Below are positions 29,683 to 39,727 of a stretch of DNA of 64,000 bases, one piece after another. Source of the stretch: Gemmatimonadota bacterium (GTDB taxonomy: Bacteria; Gemmatimonadota; Gemmatimonadetes; Gemmatimonadales; GWC2-71-9). The notes beneath the pieces were generated by a model that did not search any database, had not been told where the DNA came from, and worked only from the letters and a program-made list of their open reading frames with translations. The DNA lies in NCBI GenBank assembly GCA_039586365.1, contig JBDHKN010000037.1:10846-74845 (forward strand), in the 5' to 3' direction. The position numbers and the translations under genes were made by a program. Numbering within the stretch: position 1 is the first letter of the stretch; each line of letters starts with the position of its first letter.

Positions 29683-30195
29683 ATGACCAAGAGATCGAGA
29701 CAAGCACTCTATGTCTTCGCGGGCTGCTACTTCCTTGCTCTAGCAGGAGCGACAGCGGTGTGGTCGGTGCGCCACGACGTTGCGCGGTTCCTCACACTGG
29801 AATGGTTCGGCGATCTGACAGCCCATCTGTGGTCCATAGTGAGCGCCGATCTATTGAGCTCCGTGATCGCACTGGAATTGGCTGGTTTGGTGGTCTTGGG
29901 CTATGTGTGGTGGCTGGGGGACATGCGGCAGCGCACGTGGCCACCAATCCTTAGAAAGGTCGCGCGCCTGCGCCGATTCTTGGCCGTGTTGGCTTTCCCC
30001 ACCTACCTGTTGATTACTCCCGTGGCCTTTCTCGTAGCGTACCTCGGACTGCGCGACAACATGACAGTCCGGGGAGCCGACCGCCGCAAGTTCCAGGATC
30101 CGGCATACACCGGCCCCGAACGGCGATTGGGCAGTGCCCGCCGTACGATAGAGCGGCGTGCATTCGCTGGACATGCTCGCTTTCACGCTGCCTGA
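29683..30195 (+). CDS. Three-TM protein with C-terminal (D/E)RR repeats
   Basis: Hydrophobic helices; GADRR..YTGPERR..RRTIERR. Confidence 0.65.
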   Translation: MTKRSRQALYVFAGCYFLALAGATAVWSVRHDVARFLTLEWFGDLTAHLWSIVSADLLSSVIALELAGLVVLGYVWWLGDMRQRTWPPILRKVARLRRFLAVLAFPTYLLITPVAFLVAYLGLRDNMTVRGADRRKFQDPAYTGPERRLGSARRTIERRAFAGHARFHAA

Positions 30196-30338
30196 GAGCT
30201 AATCCCCGAACTCGCTTCCAGCTATCGTTGGGCGCACTGCGCGACAGAGGTTGCCGCTCCTGAGGAGGAGGTCAGCTGCTCAGCTGACTGCGCTGACTTC
30301 ACTCGCGCGGTGGCCGGCTTGGCCCGACGCGTAGGGCG

Positions 30339-31484
30339 CTAGCGATACAGTCCCAGCGTCAGGATGGCCAAGAGACAACCATTCTGTGGTGGGGGTAGCG
30401 GCGGTTCTGGCGGAGGTATTTCGCCACTAACCATGATTCCCACCGCGTCCCAGCCGTTCTTCACCGCTTCTTGTTCCAGGCTGTCGGCACCGTAGAGGTC
30501 GCCGGCGACCGCAACCGTCCGGTCAGCCACGACCTGGAAACCGGCCTGCGCACCCAACTCACCGTCCGTCAGTGTCCGGTACCAGATCAGACCAGTTTTT
30601 TCCCAGGCACGCCCCCCCAGCTCAGTCGCCACGAGGTAAAACGCACGGTTGGGAATCCCCGAATTGATGTGGACACCACCGTTGTCCTGAGTGGTGCTTA
30701 CGTAGTCATCCATGTGCCCAGGCTGCGGATCCCTGCCGAGCACCGGGTCGTCATAAGCGGTCCCAGGCGCTTTCATGGACCGAATCCCGGCCCCATTGAC
30801 ATTCGCCGTCAGCAGATCGGCGCCAATCAGCCAGTCCGCCTGGTCTGCCGACTGACCCAACTTCCACTGCCGCACCAGCGACCCGAACACGTCCGAGAAA
30901 TGTTCGTTCAGCGCTCCCGGCTGGTCTTGATACTCCAAGTTGGCCGTGTGCTGGGTCACGCCGTGCGTCAACTCGTGTCCGATGACGTCCAACGACTTGG
31001 TGAACCGATTGAACAGACGCTCGTCCACAGGCAGATCCTCGTCCCCGTCGCCGTAGATCATCTGTTGTCCGTTCCAGAAGGCGTTGTCGTAGCCCCGGCG
31101 GTAGTGTACCGTCGAGTCCACGCGCATGTTGTTCCCGTCGATGGAGTCTCTGCCGTATACCTGCTGGTATAGGTCGTAGGTGTCCCCTGAGCCGTCGTAC
31201 GCTTCATCCACGGCCGCGTCGCCGCTGGGAGGATCGCCCTCCCCTCGTATCCTTTGGCCTGGCAGATCGGTGCCGAAATTGGCATTGTAGACGGTCCGCT
31301 CCTTTGCTCCCGGCTGGACTGCCGGCATCGCCTCCTGCAGGACTATCTGGCGCTCTTGCCTGATCTGGTCAGACGCGGCGAGGCTGGCCCTCGCAATCTC
31401 CTGTTGGCGCGGTGTGCCACGCTGCGCAATCGACTCGAGGATGTGCGGCGGAACGATGCACTGAAAGGGAAGACGGTACCGCAT
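30339..31484 (-). CDS. Protealysin-like M4 metalloprotease
   Basis: Propeptide CIVPPHILE, NAFW, HELTH, GALNEHFSD, GGVHINSGI. Confidence 0.93.
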   Translation of the reverse strand: MRYRLPFQCIVPPHILESIAQRGTPRQQEIARASLAASDQIRQERQIVLQEAMPAVQPGAKERTVYNANFGTDLPGQRIRGEGDPPSGDAAVDEAYDGSGDTYDLYQQVYGRDSIDGNNMRVDSTVHYRRGYDNAFWNGQQMIYGDGDEDLPVDERLFNRFTKSLDVIGHELTHGVTQHTANLEYQDQPGALNEHFSDVFGSLVRQWKLGQSADQADWLIGADLLTANVNGAGIRSMKAPGTAYDDPVLGRDPQPGHMDDYVSTTQDNGGVHINSGIPNRAFYLVATELGGRAWEKTGLIWYRTLTDGELGAQAGFQVVADRTVAVAGDLYGADSLEQEAVKNGWDAVGIMVSGEIPPPEPPLPPPQNGCLLAILTLGLYR

Positions 31485-31581
31485 GGGGACTCCTTTCTCA
31501 GTGACGTTGGTTGAGCGGCGTCCGGTGGCAGGAAGCGTGACTCACACTGTGGGCCCCAGCCTCAGCCGCGACGTCCACGCA

Positions 31582-31884
31582 TCAAGTTCTCCTGCGGGCG
31601 GCCCGAGCCAACCATTCCAGCAGAGGTCGGAGCGCTGGTGGCACGGCTCCCTCAGTCACCTCCACAGTGTGGCTCCGCCCTGCGATCTCAACACTCACCT
31701 TGTAGCCAAATTGATCGGCAGCGGCACCGGTGTCGTGCAGCACTGCTGGAAGGTCGAAGAACCCGGCCTCATCGATCAGCTGACGCAAGCGCTGTTCATC
31801 CTGCTGAGACAACGTGTCCGACTCGACGGTGGTTGCCAACACCAGCCCTGCAAAACCACCCGTTCGCTCGAAGTGGATGCGCAT
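31582..31884 (-). CDS. Emfourin (protealysin inhibitor) family protein
   Basis: MRIHFERTGGFAG...ADQFGYKVSVE...PPALRPL; next to the M4 protease. Confidence 0.88.
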   Translation of the reverse strand: MRIHFERTGGFAGLVLATTVESDTLSQQDEQRLRQLIDEAGFFDLPAVLHDTGAAADQFGYKVSVEIAGRSHTVEVTEGAVPPALRPLLEWLARAARRRT

Positions 31885-32717
31885 GGTATCCCTCACCAAC
31901 ATACTCGCGCCCGGCTGGTCCCTTGCTACGTGGTGCTCGGCACTGGGCCTACAACCGTGCAACGACGTGAAAGCACAAAGCCACATGAGCACCGACCCCG
32001 GCATCATGCACGCAGTGCTCAGGCAACGACCTGCCGCAATAAGCTTGGACTTCACGACTCCCAGCCCTCGCCGCAGCCAGGCGTCCTGGCATTCTCTTGC
32101 CCACCCACCGTCCCCCGGGGGGCTTCCGAAGGGACCGTGCGGTACGACAGGGCACGCGCAACGAGCGAGCTGCCAACGACGACAGCTAATGGTACCAAGC
32201 GCATCCACAGTCCTTTCGGTGGGTAGTCCGTAGCACAGCACTGGGGCTGAGCCATGGCTCAGAACTCAACGTATCTCGATGTAGCCACGTACGGCAAGCA
32301 GGAGCTGGTAATCTTCGGCGACTGGGTGGACCTGGCGCGGCCCTCTGGACCACCAATGGATCTCTCAATCCCGCGCGCCCCACTCAAAGTGGCAGCGTCG
32401 ATCCGAACCGCCGTGCGCGGTCGCGTTGTCCTCGGGAAATCGCACATCGCGCTCCCGGTGAATGATCTGGCCGCCGCACCACAATAACGTAGGTTAGAGC
32501 GGATCGGGCTGGGGCCTTGTCGCGATCCATCCTGCGCCGGATATGCGGACATCTGATGAATCGGTGGCCCGCTTTTGAGACATTGGAAGCGCGGTGCGGC
32601 ATTCATCCTGTGGGCAAACTCAGTGGGATGCAGCCCCGCGAACTCGGTTAGCGTGCACGGGTACGGGGAGAGGCAATAGTCTCAATTCAGCTGCCAAGGC
32701 ATCAAGGAGGTAATCAG

Positions 32718-33086
32718 ATGCTGTGTGAGATCAAGGACGAGCGCCATAGGACAGTGCTTAAGGGGGAATTCAGTACGGTGTTCGTCGAAGTGGCCCAAGG
32801 CGGGCACGGAGTGGAGGGAGACCCTGACCAGCGTCTGACAAACCTGATTATCACGCCCGTGAAATGCCAGGTTGATGGGGGCGGTTGGGAGAAGGCCGGC
32901 AGCGTCTTCGTGAGGCTCGACGAGGATGCGGCCGAGTTCCTGGCCCAGGCACTCATGAGGGTCTCATCTGGCCAGGAGTTGGGAGTGGTAAGGCCGATCC
33001 AAGCCGCGCTCGACGTGGGTCGCCAGGCCAGCTCACCGAGGAAGGACTCCACAACCCATTCCAGGTGGGGTGCCGCGCGGCGTTAG
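32718..33086 (+). CDS. Hypothetical protein
   Basis: AAGGAGGT RBS; 122 aa. Confidence 0.6.
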   Translation: MLCEIKDERHRTVLKGEFSTVFVEVAQGGHGVEGDPDQRLTNLIITPVKCQVDGGGWEKAGSVFVRLDEDAAEFLAQALMRVSSGQELGVVRPIQAALDVGRQASSPRKDSTTHSRWGAARR

Positions 33087-33218
33087 CCACGGCGGGCCCG
33101 GTGTGACGTGTTGCGGGAACCAGCTCGACTCAATGATGTAATCGGCTGAGAACAGGCCACCCGGGACGGTGTGCTGTCGCGCCGGCCCGGCAATCGTCAG
33201 CCGTTCCCCACAGTCTGT

Positions 33219-33689
33219 TCATTCCAAGTCGTGCAATGTTATCAGATTCGTGATCCGCAACCTGCGTGTCGCAAACGGCAGCTTGACGGTGACGACTTCT
33301 TTTTTCTTCTTGTCCAACAGCGCTCGGCCGAGCGGTGACGAAACCGAGATCTGTCCGTCCCGTAGGTCGACGGCGTCAGGAATCACCACCTCATAGACCT
33401 CCTCTTCCTTGGTGTCGACATCCCTCACCGTGACCCGCGAGCCCAACCCGACTCGGTCCGCCGGGACCCTGGAGAGATCGACGTCCGACAGCTTGTGTAG
33501 CCGAGACCGCAGGTGCTCGAGGCGCGCAGCAATCACTCCCTGCCGTTCGATAGCAGCTTGGAAGTCCGCGTTTTCGCGCAGGTCACCGTGCTCGAGCGCT
33601 TCATTGAGGGTCGCTGGCAACACCACATGCAGCTCCTGATTGAGCGCCTCCACCTCCGCGAGGAGCTTGCCGCGAATCTCTTCGATCAT
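33219..33689 (-). CDS. greA: GreA/GreB family transcription elongation factor
   Basis: HGDLRENADF, VGLGSRV, ISVSSPLGRALL. Confidence 0.88.
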   Translation of the reverse strand: MIEEIRGKLLAEVEALNQELHVVLPATLNEALEHGDLRENADFQAAIERQGVIAARLEHLRSRLHKLSDVDLSRVPADRVGLGSRVTVRDVDTKEEEVYEVVIPDAVDLRDGQISVSSPLGRALLDKKKKEVVTVKLPFATRRLRITNLITLHDLE

Positions 33690-34241
33690 AACACCGTCGC
33701 TTGATGAGGTTGAGCTTCAGTCACCCACATTCATCAGGCGCACGGCACCCCCTGCAGGACATTGCAGCTCAGAACAGCATTGGGGTGAGATTGTCCGGTG
33801 AACGATCATGAGCAAGGAAGAGCGAGTGAAGTGGAATCGGGCCTAGGCCAGGCAGAGTATAAGATAGGGGACCGCGGCCAATAGCGCCACTGGAGGTGAC
33901 GGGAAGTCGCCGGCATCGGAGGTCAGTCGGTGAGTCATAATCCGGGTCAGTGCGGCCAATTCGGTTTCGCCCTTCGGCGATTTGGCCGAGTTGGCATCCC
34001 CCACCCTCTGGTATGGTGTTAGATCGTTTCTCTGGGCGTTGAGGGCTCGCTGCGACCTCGCACGATATCCCACCAACCCAAAGGGTAAGACCGCGACCTC
34101 AAACCAGCCTATGTTCCCTGCCCCATCCTCAACGATTCCGATCGCCGGCCCGCACCAAATCCTGGCTGCCGAATTGGCACCCATAGTGTTCGCTCCATAG
34201 ATTGCTTTGGGTCACTCCCGATGCGGAGGAGCCGCTCAGTC

Positions 34242-34445
34242 GTGTTCCCCCACTCGGAGGTCGCGTGACCAGCAACTGAGGAAGAGTTCCCGGTCAGGGG
34301 GAACACATTGCCCGTCACCGGCCACGTGTTTCCTGTCGCCCAGAACGCAATCTCGGTGGTCGGCAACTCGTTCCCGGGCTCCGAGACCGCGAGCTGTGTC
34401 GGCCAGGCGGCGAGCTGACTGAGCGAGCCGCCGTTCCCGATAGCT
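34242..34445. repeat. Degenerate 21-bp-period repeat tract
   Basis: GTTCCC-like cores at 34244, 34286, 34307, 34328, 34370 and 34433, all separated by multiples of 21. Confidence 0.6.
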
Positions 34446-34645
34446 CAGGAACCTCGGCTCGTGGCGCGCAACTGCCTGTGAAACAAGGACATAGCGCATC
34501 GGGGGTGGGTGGGTTGGTGGGGTCGAGGGTGAGTCGCATCCGCTGGCCAAAGGCGACGTACCACAGCTCTGCCATCGTGCCAGTGGAGACGTCCTGTGTC
34601 GTATCAAGGAGAACCGGCGGCGCAGTCCTATAGCGGAGAGGGTAA

Positions 34646-36031
34646 TCAGTCCGGACTGCCGACCCTTCGATACCTCCGGTCGTTGAACATGAACCGGGCA
34701 CGGAGACCTTCCACAGTTCCATCGTCGGCGACTTCGAACTCGAGGCCCACGTCGACAAGATCCATCAGAGTACCGCGGAATCGGGTCGTGCTGAGTGGTG
34801 TGAGTTGGAGCGGGGTGGGGTCGGACGACTCACCAATAAGCCGTCCATCCCGTTGCTCGATCGAGAATCGATCCTGATCCCACTCATATTCTCCGACGTA
34901 TCGGGACAGGACCGCAGCATCTAACTCAACGGGCTCTGTTGTCGCAGCTGTCGCATCCGCGGACGGCAGAACGTATCGGCCGAGAATCGCGCTGTTGCGG
35001 ATTTCCCCCATCGGGTTATTGAAGACTTCGTGGGTCAGCACGACCACCATATCGAAATCCGGAAGCACGAAGATCTTCTGGCCGCCATGGCCTGACGCGA
35101 AGAAGGTGAATACCGAACCTGCCGCGTACTGGAAGTCCCCAGCCCACCACTGAAACCCGTAGTTCGGCGATCCTTCGTTAATGATGTGTTCCCGGACTGA
35201 TGCACGCACCCATTCCTCAGAGACGATCCTCGCTCCGTTCCAAATACCGCCATTCAGATACAATTGGCCGAGCTTAGCCATGTCACGGGGTCGAAGGTGC
35301 AACCCGCCATCGGTGTCGGTCATCCCGTTGTGGAGGTGCTCCCACTCGTAGTCGGTAATACCGAGCGGGCCCAACAAGTACTCCTCCGCAAAGCGGTCCG
35401 CCCGCATGCCGGACCTGGTCTCGACGAGATGCGCCAGTATGATGGACAGGCCACCGTTGTAGTTGAACACGGCGCCGGGAGGGTGGACGATCGGACGATC
35501 CAGCACGAATCGCACAGGATCGCCACTCCGGCTCGCACGGATCCAATCGTTTTGTGGATCGCTGTATGGGAGCGATCGCTCATCCCATTCCAACCCTGCA
35601 CTCATCGTGAGCACGTGCCTGAGAGAGAGTTTCCGCTTGTCCGGATGGGAGAGCAGATCCTCGTATTCCGGGAGGACCTGGGAAAGCGGGACGTTCACGC
35701 CACGGTCATCCATCCCGCGCACGAGCCCCAGGTCAAGAGCAATGCCGAAGAGCATGGACCCGACGCTCTTCGAGACGGAAGCCGTGTACTGGCGTATCTC
35801 ACGATCGAACTCGTTGAAGTACTCTTCCATGACGAGTTTGCCGTCACGAACGATGAGGATCCCGTGTACGTTGGGAAGTTCACCCTCGGCAACGTCCCGG
35901 CGTAGACGGTCGAGTGGTTCGGGATCGAGACCGACACTCGCCGGTGTATCGGTCACCCACTCATCCGTGGTCTGACTCGCGCACGCTGCCGATCCGCATA
36001 GGAGCAGGCCTAGGACCAGTCGCGATTTCAT
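34646..36031 (-). CDS. Serine hydrolase, beta-lactamase class C-like lipoprotein with C-terminal DUF3471-like domain
   Basis: SVSK, VLTMSAG, FNYNG, RPRDMAKLG, SGHGGQ; SAAC lipobox. Confidence 0.9.
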   Translation of the reverse strand: MKSRLVLGLLLCGSAACASQTTDEWVTDTPASVGLDPEPLDRLRRDVAEGELPNVHGILIVRDGKLVMEEYFNEFDREIRQYTASVSKSVGSMLFGIALDLGLVRGMDDRGVNVPLSQVLPEYEDLLSHPDKRKLSLRHVLTMSAGLEWDERSLPYSDPQNDWIRASRSGDPVRFVLDRPIVHPPGAVFNYNGGLSIILAHLVETRSGMRADRFAEEYLLGPLGITDYEWEHLHNGMTDTDGGLHLRPRDMAKLGQLYLNGGIWNGARIVSEEWVRASVREHIINEGSPNYGFQWWAGDFQYAAGSVFTFFASGHGGQKIFVLPDFDMVVVLTHEVFNNPMGEIRNSAILGRYVLPSADATAATTEPVELDAAVLSRYVGEYEWDQDRFSIEQRDGRLIGESSDPTPLQLTPLSTTRFRGTLMDLVDVGLEFEVADDGTVEGLRARFMFNDRRYRRVGSPD

Positions 36032-36235
36032 TCTGTGCCTTCGCCCTCTTTCAGATCCGCTAGAGTGTTGGGCCGAGCTTTGCTGCAGGAGGAGCAACCG
36101 TGTCGCTCACAGCATTCTCCGGAGACGGACAGAAAGATGTCACAACTCGCCGTCGTCCACCGGAGGCCCAACTCCTCGGTCAGGTGCGGCACCTCGTGCC
36201 CGCCGCCGCACGGTACCCTCACCGACGTTCGCGCG

Positions 36236-37174
36236 TTACCTGGAGTTGCCGAGATAGCGCAAGAACTCGCTGTCGGTACTCAGCACCAGCACCGTGTTCG
36301 AGTCCAGGGTCTCCTTGAGAACCTCCATGGTCTTCAGGAAGCGGTAGAACTCCGGATCGCGGGTATAGGCCGCCGCGTAGATGTCGGCCGCCTCGGCGTC
36401 GGCCCGGCCCTTGATCCCTTGAGCCTCGCGATAGGCCTCCGAGGTGATTTGTTGGAGCTCGCGTTCCTTCTCACCAGTGATCCGGGCCGCTTCGCCGCCG
36501 CCCTCCGAACGGAACTGCTCGGCGATCCGCTGCCGCTCGGAGATCATCCGGGCATAGACTTCCTGACGCACCTGCTCGACGTAGTTGAGTCGTTTGAAGC
36601 GGAAATCGAGGATCTCGATTCCCAGATCCTCTGTACGGGTCTGCGCCGCCAGCAACACCTCTTCCTCGAGCTTTGCCCTCCCGCTCCTGATGGTTGCGCC
36701 GGCCTCGTCCGCGGCTCCTCCGGTACTGTCTTCGGAGATCTCGAACGCCCGGTTGCTGCTGCGCACCACCTCGATCAGGTCGTGGTTGGCGATCACATTA
36801 CGGGTCTCACCGTCGAGGATGTCATCCAGCCGGGACTGGGCCCCCCCTTCGCTGCGCAATCGCTGGAAGTACTTGAGGGGATCGGTGATCCGCCATCGAG
36901 CATAGGTGTCGACGTGGATGAACCGCTTGTCCCGGGTTGGCACCTCATTCGGGTCGCCATCCCATTCCAGGAAACGCTTGTCAAAGTAGTTGGCCTTCTG
37001 AATGAAAGGCAGCTTGACCTTCAAGCCTGGCGTGATGACCGGATCGCCTTTCGGCTCACCGAACTGGGTGATCACCACCTGCTCGGTCTCGCTGACGACG
37101 AAGAACACTCCGCCAACAACGAGTACGCCCAGCAGCACCACGATGCCGATGACGACGATCAGCCCGGTCTTCAT
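36236..37174 (-). CDS. hflC: Protease modulator HflC
   Basis: SPFH domain; RMISERQRIAEQFRSEG, DPEFYRF; follows hflK. Confidence 0.95.
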   Translation of the reverse strand: MKTGLIVVIGIVVLLGVLVVGGVFFVVSETEQVVITQFGEPKGDPVITPGLKVKLPFIQKANYFDKRFLEWDGDPNEVPTRDKRFIHVDTYARWRITDPLKYFQRLRSEGGAQSRLDDILDGETRNVIANHDLIEVVRSSNRAFEISEDSTGGAADEAGATIRSGRAKLEEEVLLAAQTRTEDLGIEILDFRFKRLNYVEQVRQEVYARMISERQRIAEQFRSEGGGEAARITGEKERELQQITSEAYREAQGIKGRADAEAADIYAAAYTRDPEFYRFLKTMEVLKETLDSNTVLVLSTDSEFLRYLGNSR

Positions 37175-38178
37175 GGCTTCACCCCCTGGGGCAGCGGCAA
37201 CAGCGGCAGGATCCCCTGCAGAGTCTGGTCCAGCACGAGCTTCTGCTGCACGTTGGGGTACACGGACTGCATGGTCTCGAGATAGATGCGCCGGCGGGTC
37301 ACCTCCGGCGCCCTGCGATAGGCAGCCAGCAGCTCGTTGAACAACTCGGCGTCACCCCTGGCGCGGTTGACCCGATCGGTGGCGTATCCCTCGGCCTGCT
37401 GGATCGTCTGTTGGGCTTCGCCGCCAGCGCGAGGAATGACCGCATTGTACTCGGCCCTGGCCTCGTTGATCATCCGCTCCTTTTCCTGCTGAGCCTGGTT
37501 GACCTCGTTGAATGCCGCCCGGACCTGATCGGGCGGGTTGACGTCCTGCAGCACGATCTGCTCCACCTTGATGCCGGTCTCGTACTGATCGCAGAGATCC
37601 TGCAGGCGGACTTCTACCTCCGAGGCGATCTCCTGCCGACCTATGGTCAAGACTTCGTTGACACTCCTGTCGCCGATTACCGCCCGCATGATCGCCTCGT
37701 TCATGTCACGGAAAGTGTCGGAGCGTTCCCCGGAGCCGAAGAGGTTTCGGACCTTGAACAGGTACTTGTAGGGATCGTTGACCCGGAACTGCGTAGTCCA
37801 TTCGACCACGGCAACATTCAGATCACCGGTGAGCATCAACGACTCGTCGTTGAACGCCCCCGGCGCATACTGCGTGCGCACGCCTGCGCTGGCGGTGCGG
37901 AAACCGAACTCCGCCTTGAGCTGGCGCTGTACAGGAACCTTGGTCACGGTCTGAAACGGCATCGGCCACTTGATGCGGAGCCCCGGATCGGCCTGGCGGC
38001 TGTACTTGCCAAAGGTCAGCACGACACCGACTTCCTCAGGCGCGACCGTGAACACCGAGCTCCAGATCAGAACGATGCCCACCAGGGCAAGGACGCCGAT
38101 ACCGATGGCCTGGGGGTTCCGTATATCGGTCGGCCGCAAGCGGCCGAGGTCACCCCACTTAGGTCGTTGCGACGTCAC
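37171..38178 (-). CDS. hflK: FtsH protease modulator HflK
   Basis: MLTGDLNV, QDVNPP..V..AFNEV, APEVTRRRIYLETM. Confidence 0.95.
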   Translation of the reverse strand: MTSQRPKWGDLGRLRPTDIRNPQAIGIGVLALVGIVLIWSSVFTVAPEEVGVVLTFGKYSRQADPGLRIKWPMPFQTVTKVPVQRQLKAEFGFRTASAGVRTQYAPGAFNDESLMLTGDLNVAVVEWTTQFRVNDPYKYLFKVRNLFGSGERSDTFRDMNEAIMRAVIGDRSVNEVLTIGRQEIASEVEVRLQDLCDQYETGIKVEQIVLQDVNPPDQVRAAFNEVNQAQQEKERMINEARAEYNAVIPRAGGEAQQTIQQAEGYATDRVNRARGDAELFNELLAAYRRAPEVTRRRIYLETMQSVYPNVQQKLVLDQTLQGILPLLPLPQGVKP

Positions 38179-38679
38179 AAACGCCTCCTCTCTTTGGGAT
38201 TGGCGCGATGATGTACACTTGCAGTTTAACCACTACACCCCCGGCCACAACCTGGGTGATTCTCACGATGGGTGGCTAGTTCTTCGGTTCTGCGAGCACT
38301 AGGTCGGGGATGATGTCGACACCGCATGCAACGGATTGGTGCAGTCGTCACGCGTCGAGAGCTCACGGCGCCCCGGAATTGGCGTGTTCGCTTTGTCGAG
38401 TCGTTGGGAAGCCAGTCTGGAGCGAAGACCCTCGATCGACCTTTCATGACCCGACCTCACACCGAGTGGAACAGGGGCTGCGAAACTCAAGGTTGGGGGC
38501 CGCGGACCGAACGTATCGAACGAGGGGTGCCATGTCCCAGCGGAGAACGCCATACGCTGGTCGCGCTTACCGTTAGTTGAACGGGACTGCCATCAGTCAC
38601 GGACGCCATACCTCGATGATGCCTATGCCGACATTCGGAGTGGGCGGACTTCACATGGTGGTGACCGGCTAGGTGCCGC

Positions 38680-39687
38680 TCAGGAACTTGCGCTCGTCGC
38701 TACAGCCGCCCCCGCGGCACACAGCAATACCGCTTGCTGCGCGGTCATGATAGCCTGCATGTCAATCAGCACTTTGGCTCCACTCAGGGTCGTCGCGTCC
38801 ACTTCTCGACCTGCCAGTTCGATGAACGTCATGGCCACCGCCAAGTTGAACGTGGTTGCCCGATCGATCTTCGGCTTGATTCGCCTGAGTTCCTCTCTCT
38901 TACCGAGCACTGCGTCGACGATCCGATCGGCACGCAGCTCTAGGAAGCACAGGATAGCCAACTCGTCGTAGTCGCGTTGATATATCCGCACTCCGTTTTG
39001 CCTGAACCCATCCTTCAGTCTCACTGCGCGATCCGCCAGTTCTCGTGGCGATGACCGAGCTAGAGAGAGAACGTTGGCCATAGTTTGAAGTGGATTGCCT
39101 TTCTGAAACTTGTGGTGCCTCAGCTCGCCATGTATCGCTTCGGTCTTGTCGACCAGGTGCTTCGGTGTTCCTTCCTGCCCCGTCAAGATCGCACACGCCG
39201 GGAAATCATCGGCACCTGTGATCCAGCGGTGATGTCGTTTCATCTCATCGTAGATCTCACGTAGCTTACGCACCCTATCCGGAGAGATCGCTCTGCCGTC
39301 GTTTTGAATCCGCAGAATGAGAACGGCGATCAACTCGAATGCGAGACTGCGTGGCAGCCGTTCTCCCCTGAACATCTTCCGCACCCGAACCAGTTCGTTC
39401 ATGAAGGCCTTGGCGCTATCGCCGTTATGGTACAGGGTGGCCGCAACGACGAACCGGAGGTGGGAGCCCATGTCTAGGTTCCACGGCGACGCCTCCTTGA
39501 GAGAACTCTCCATGCGTCGGATGCCCCGAGCGATGGTTGCAGGATCTCCTTCGCTACCCAGCGCCGCCATCGCAGCGTAACGAAGCCGGCGCGAACCCCT
39601 CCACCAGCGCCGGTCCTTCTCGAGCGCCTCGTACAGCGATCGGAAACGGGAGAGCGGATCTTTGGGGAACGCTGTTCTCGTCTTCAT
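38680..39687 (-). CDS. DUF4003-like protein
   Basis: IYDEMKRHHRWITGADD, FQKGNPLQ, C-terminal AAAVATSASS tail. Confidence 0.7.
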   Translation of the reverse strand: MKTRTAFPKDPLSRFRSLYEALEKDRRWWRGSRRLRYAAMAALGSEGDPATIARGIRRMESSLKEASPWNLDMGSHLRFVVAATLYHNGDSAKAFMNELVRVRKMFRGERLPRSLAFELIAVLILRIQNDGRAISPDRVRKLREIYDEMKRHHRWITGADDFPACAILTGQEGTPKHLVDKTEAIHGELRHHKFQKGNPLQTMANVLSLARSSPRELADRAVRLKDGFRQNGVRIYQRDYDELAILCFLELRADRIVDAVLGKREELRRIKPKIDRATTFNLAVAMTFIELAGREVDATTLSGAKVLIDMQAIMTAQQAVLLCAAGAAVATSASS

Positions 39688-39727
39688 ACTGGTCTCGAGT
39701 TACCGGCTAATCTGTTGTCTGTCGTGG

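Noticed and set aside
32610..32700. c-di-GMP-I (GEMM) riboswitch suggested by GGCAAAC...CTGCC
   Set aside because: Lacks the GAAA tetraloop stem and GACGCAAA core
36035..37285. Long antisense ORFs (e.g. 416 aa opposite hflC; also 1471-2418, 4542-5405, 26737-27648)
   Set aside because: Shadow frames of well-supported genes in GC-rich DNA
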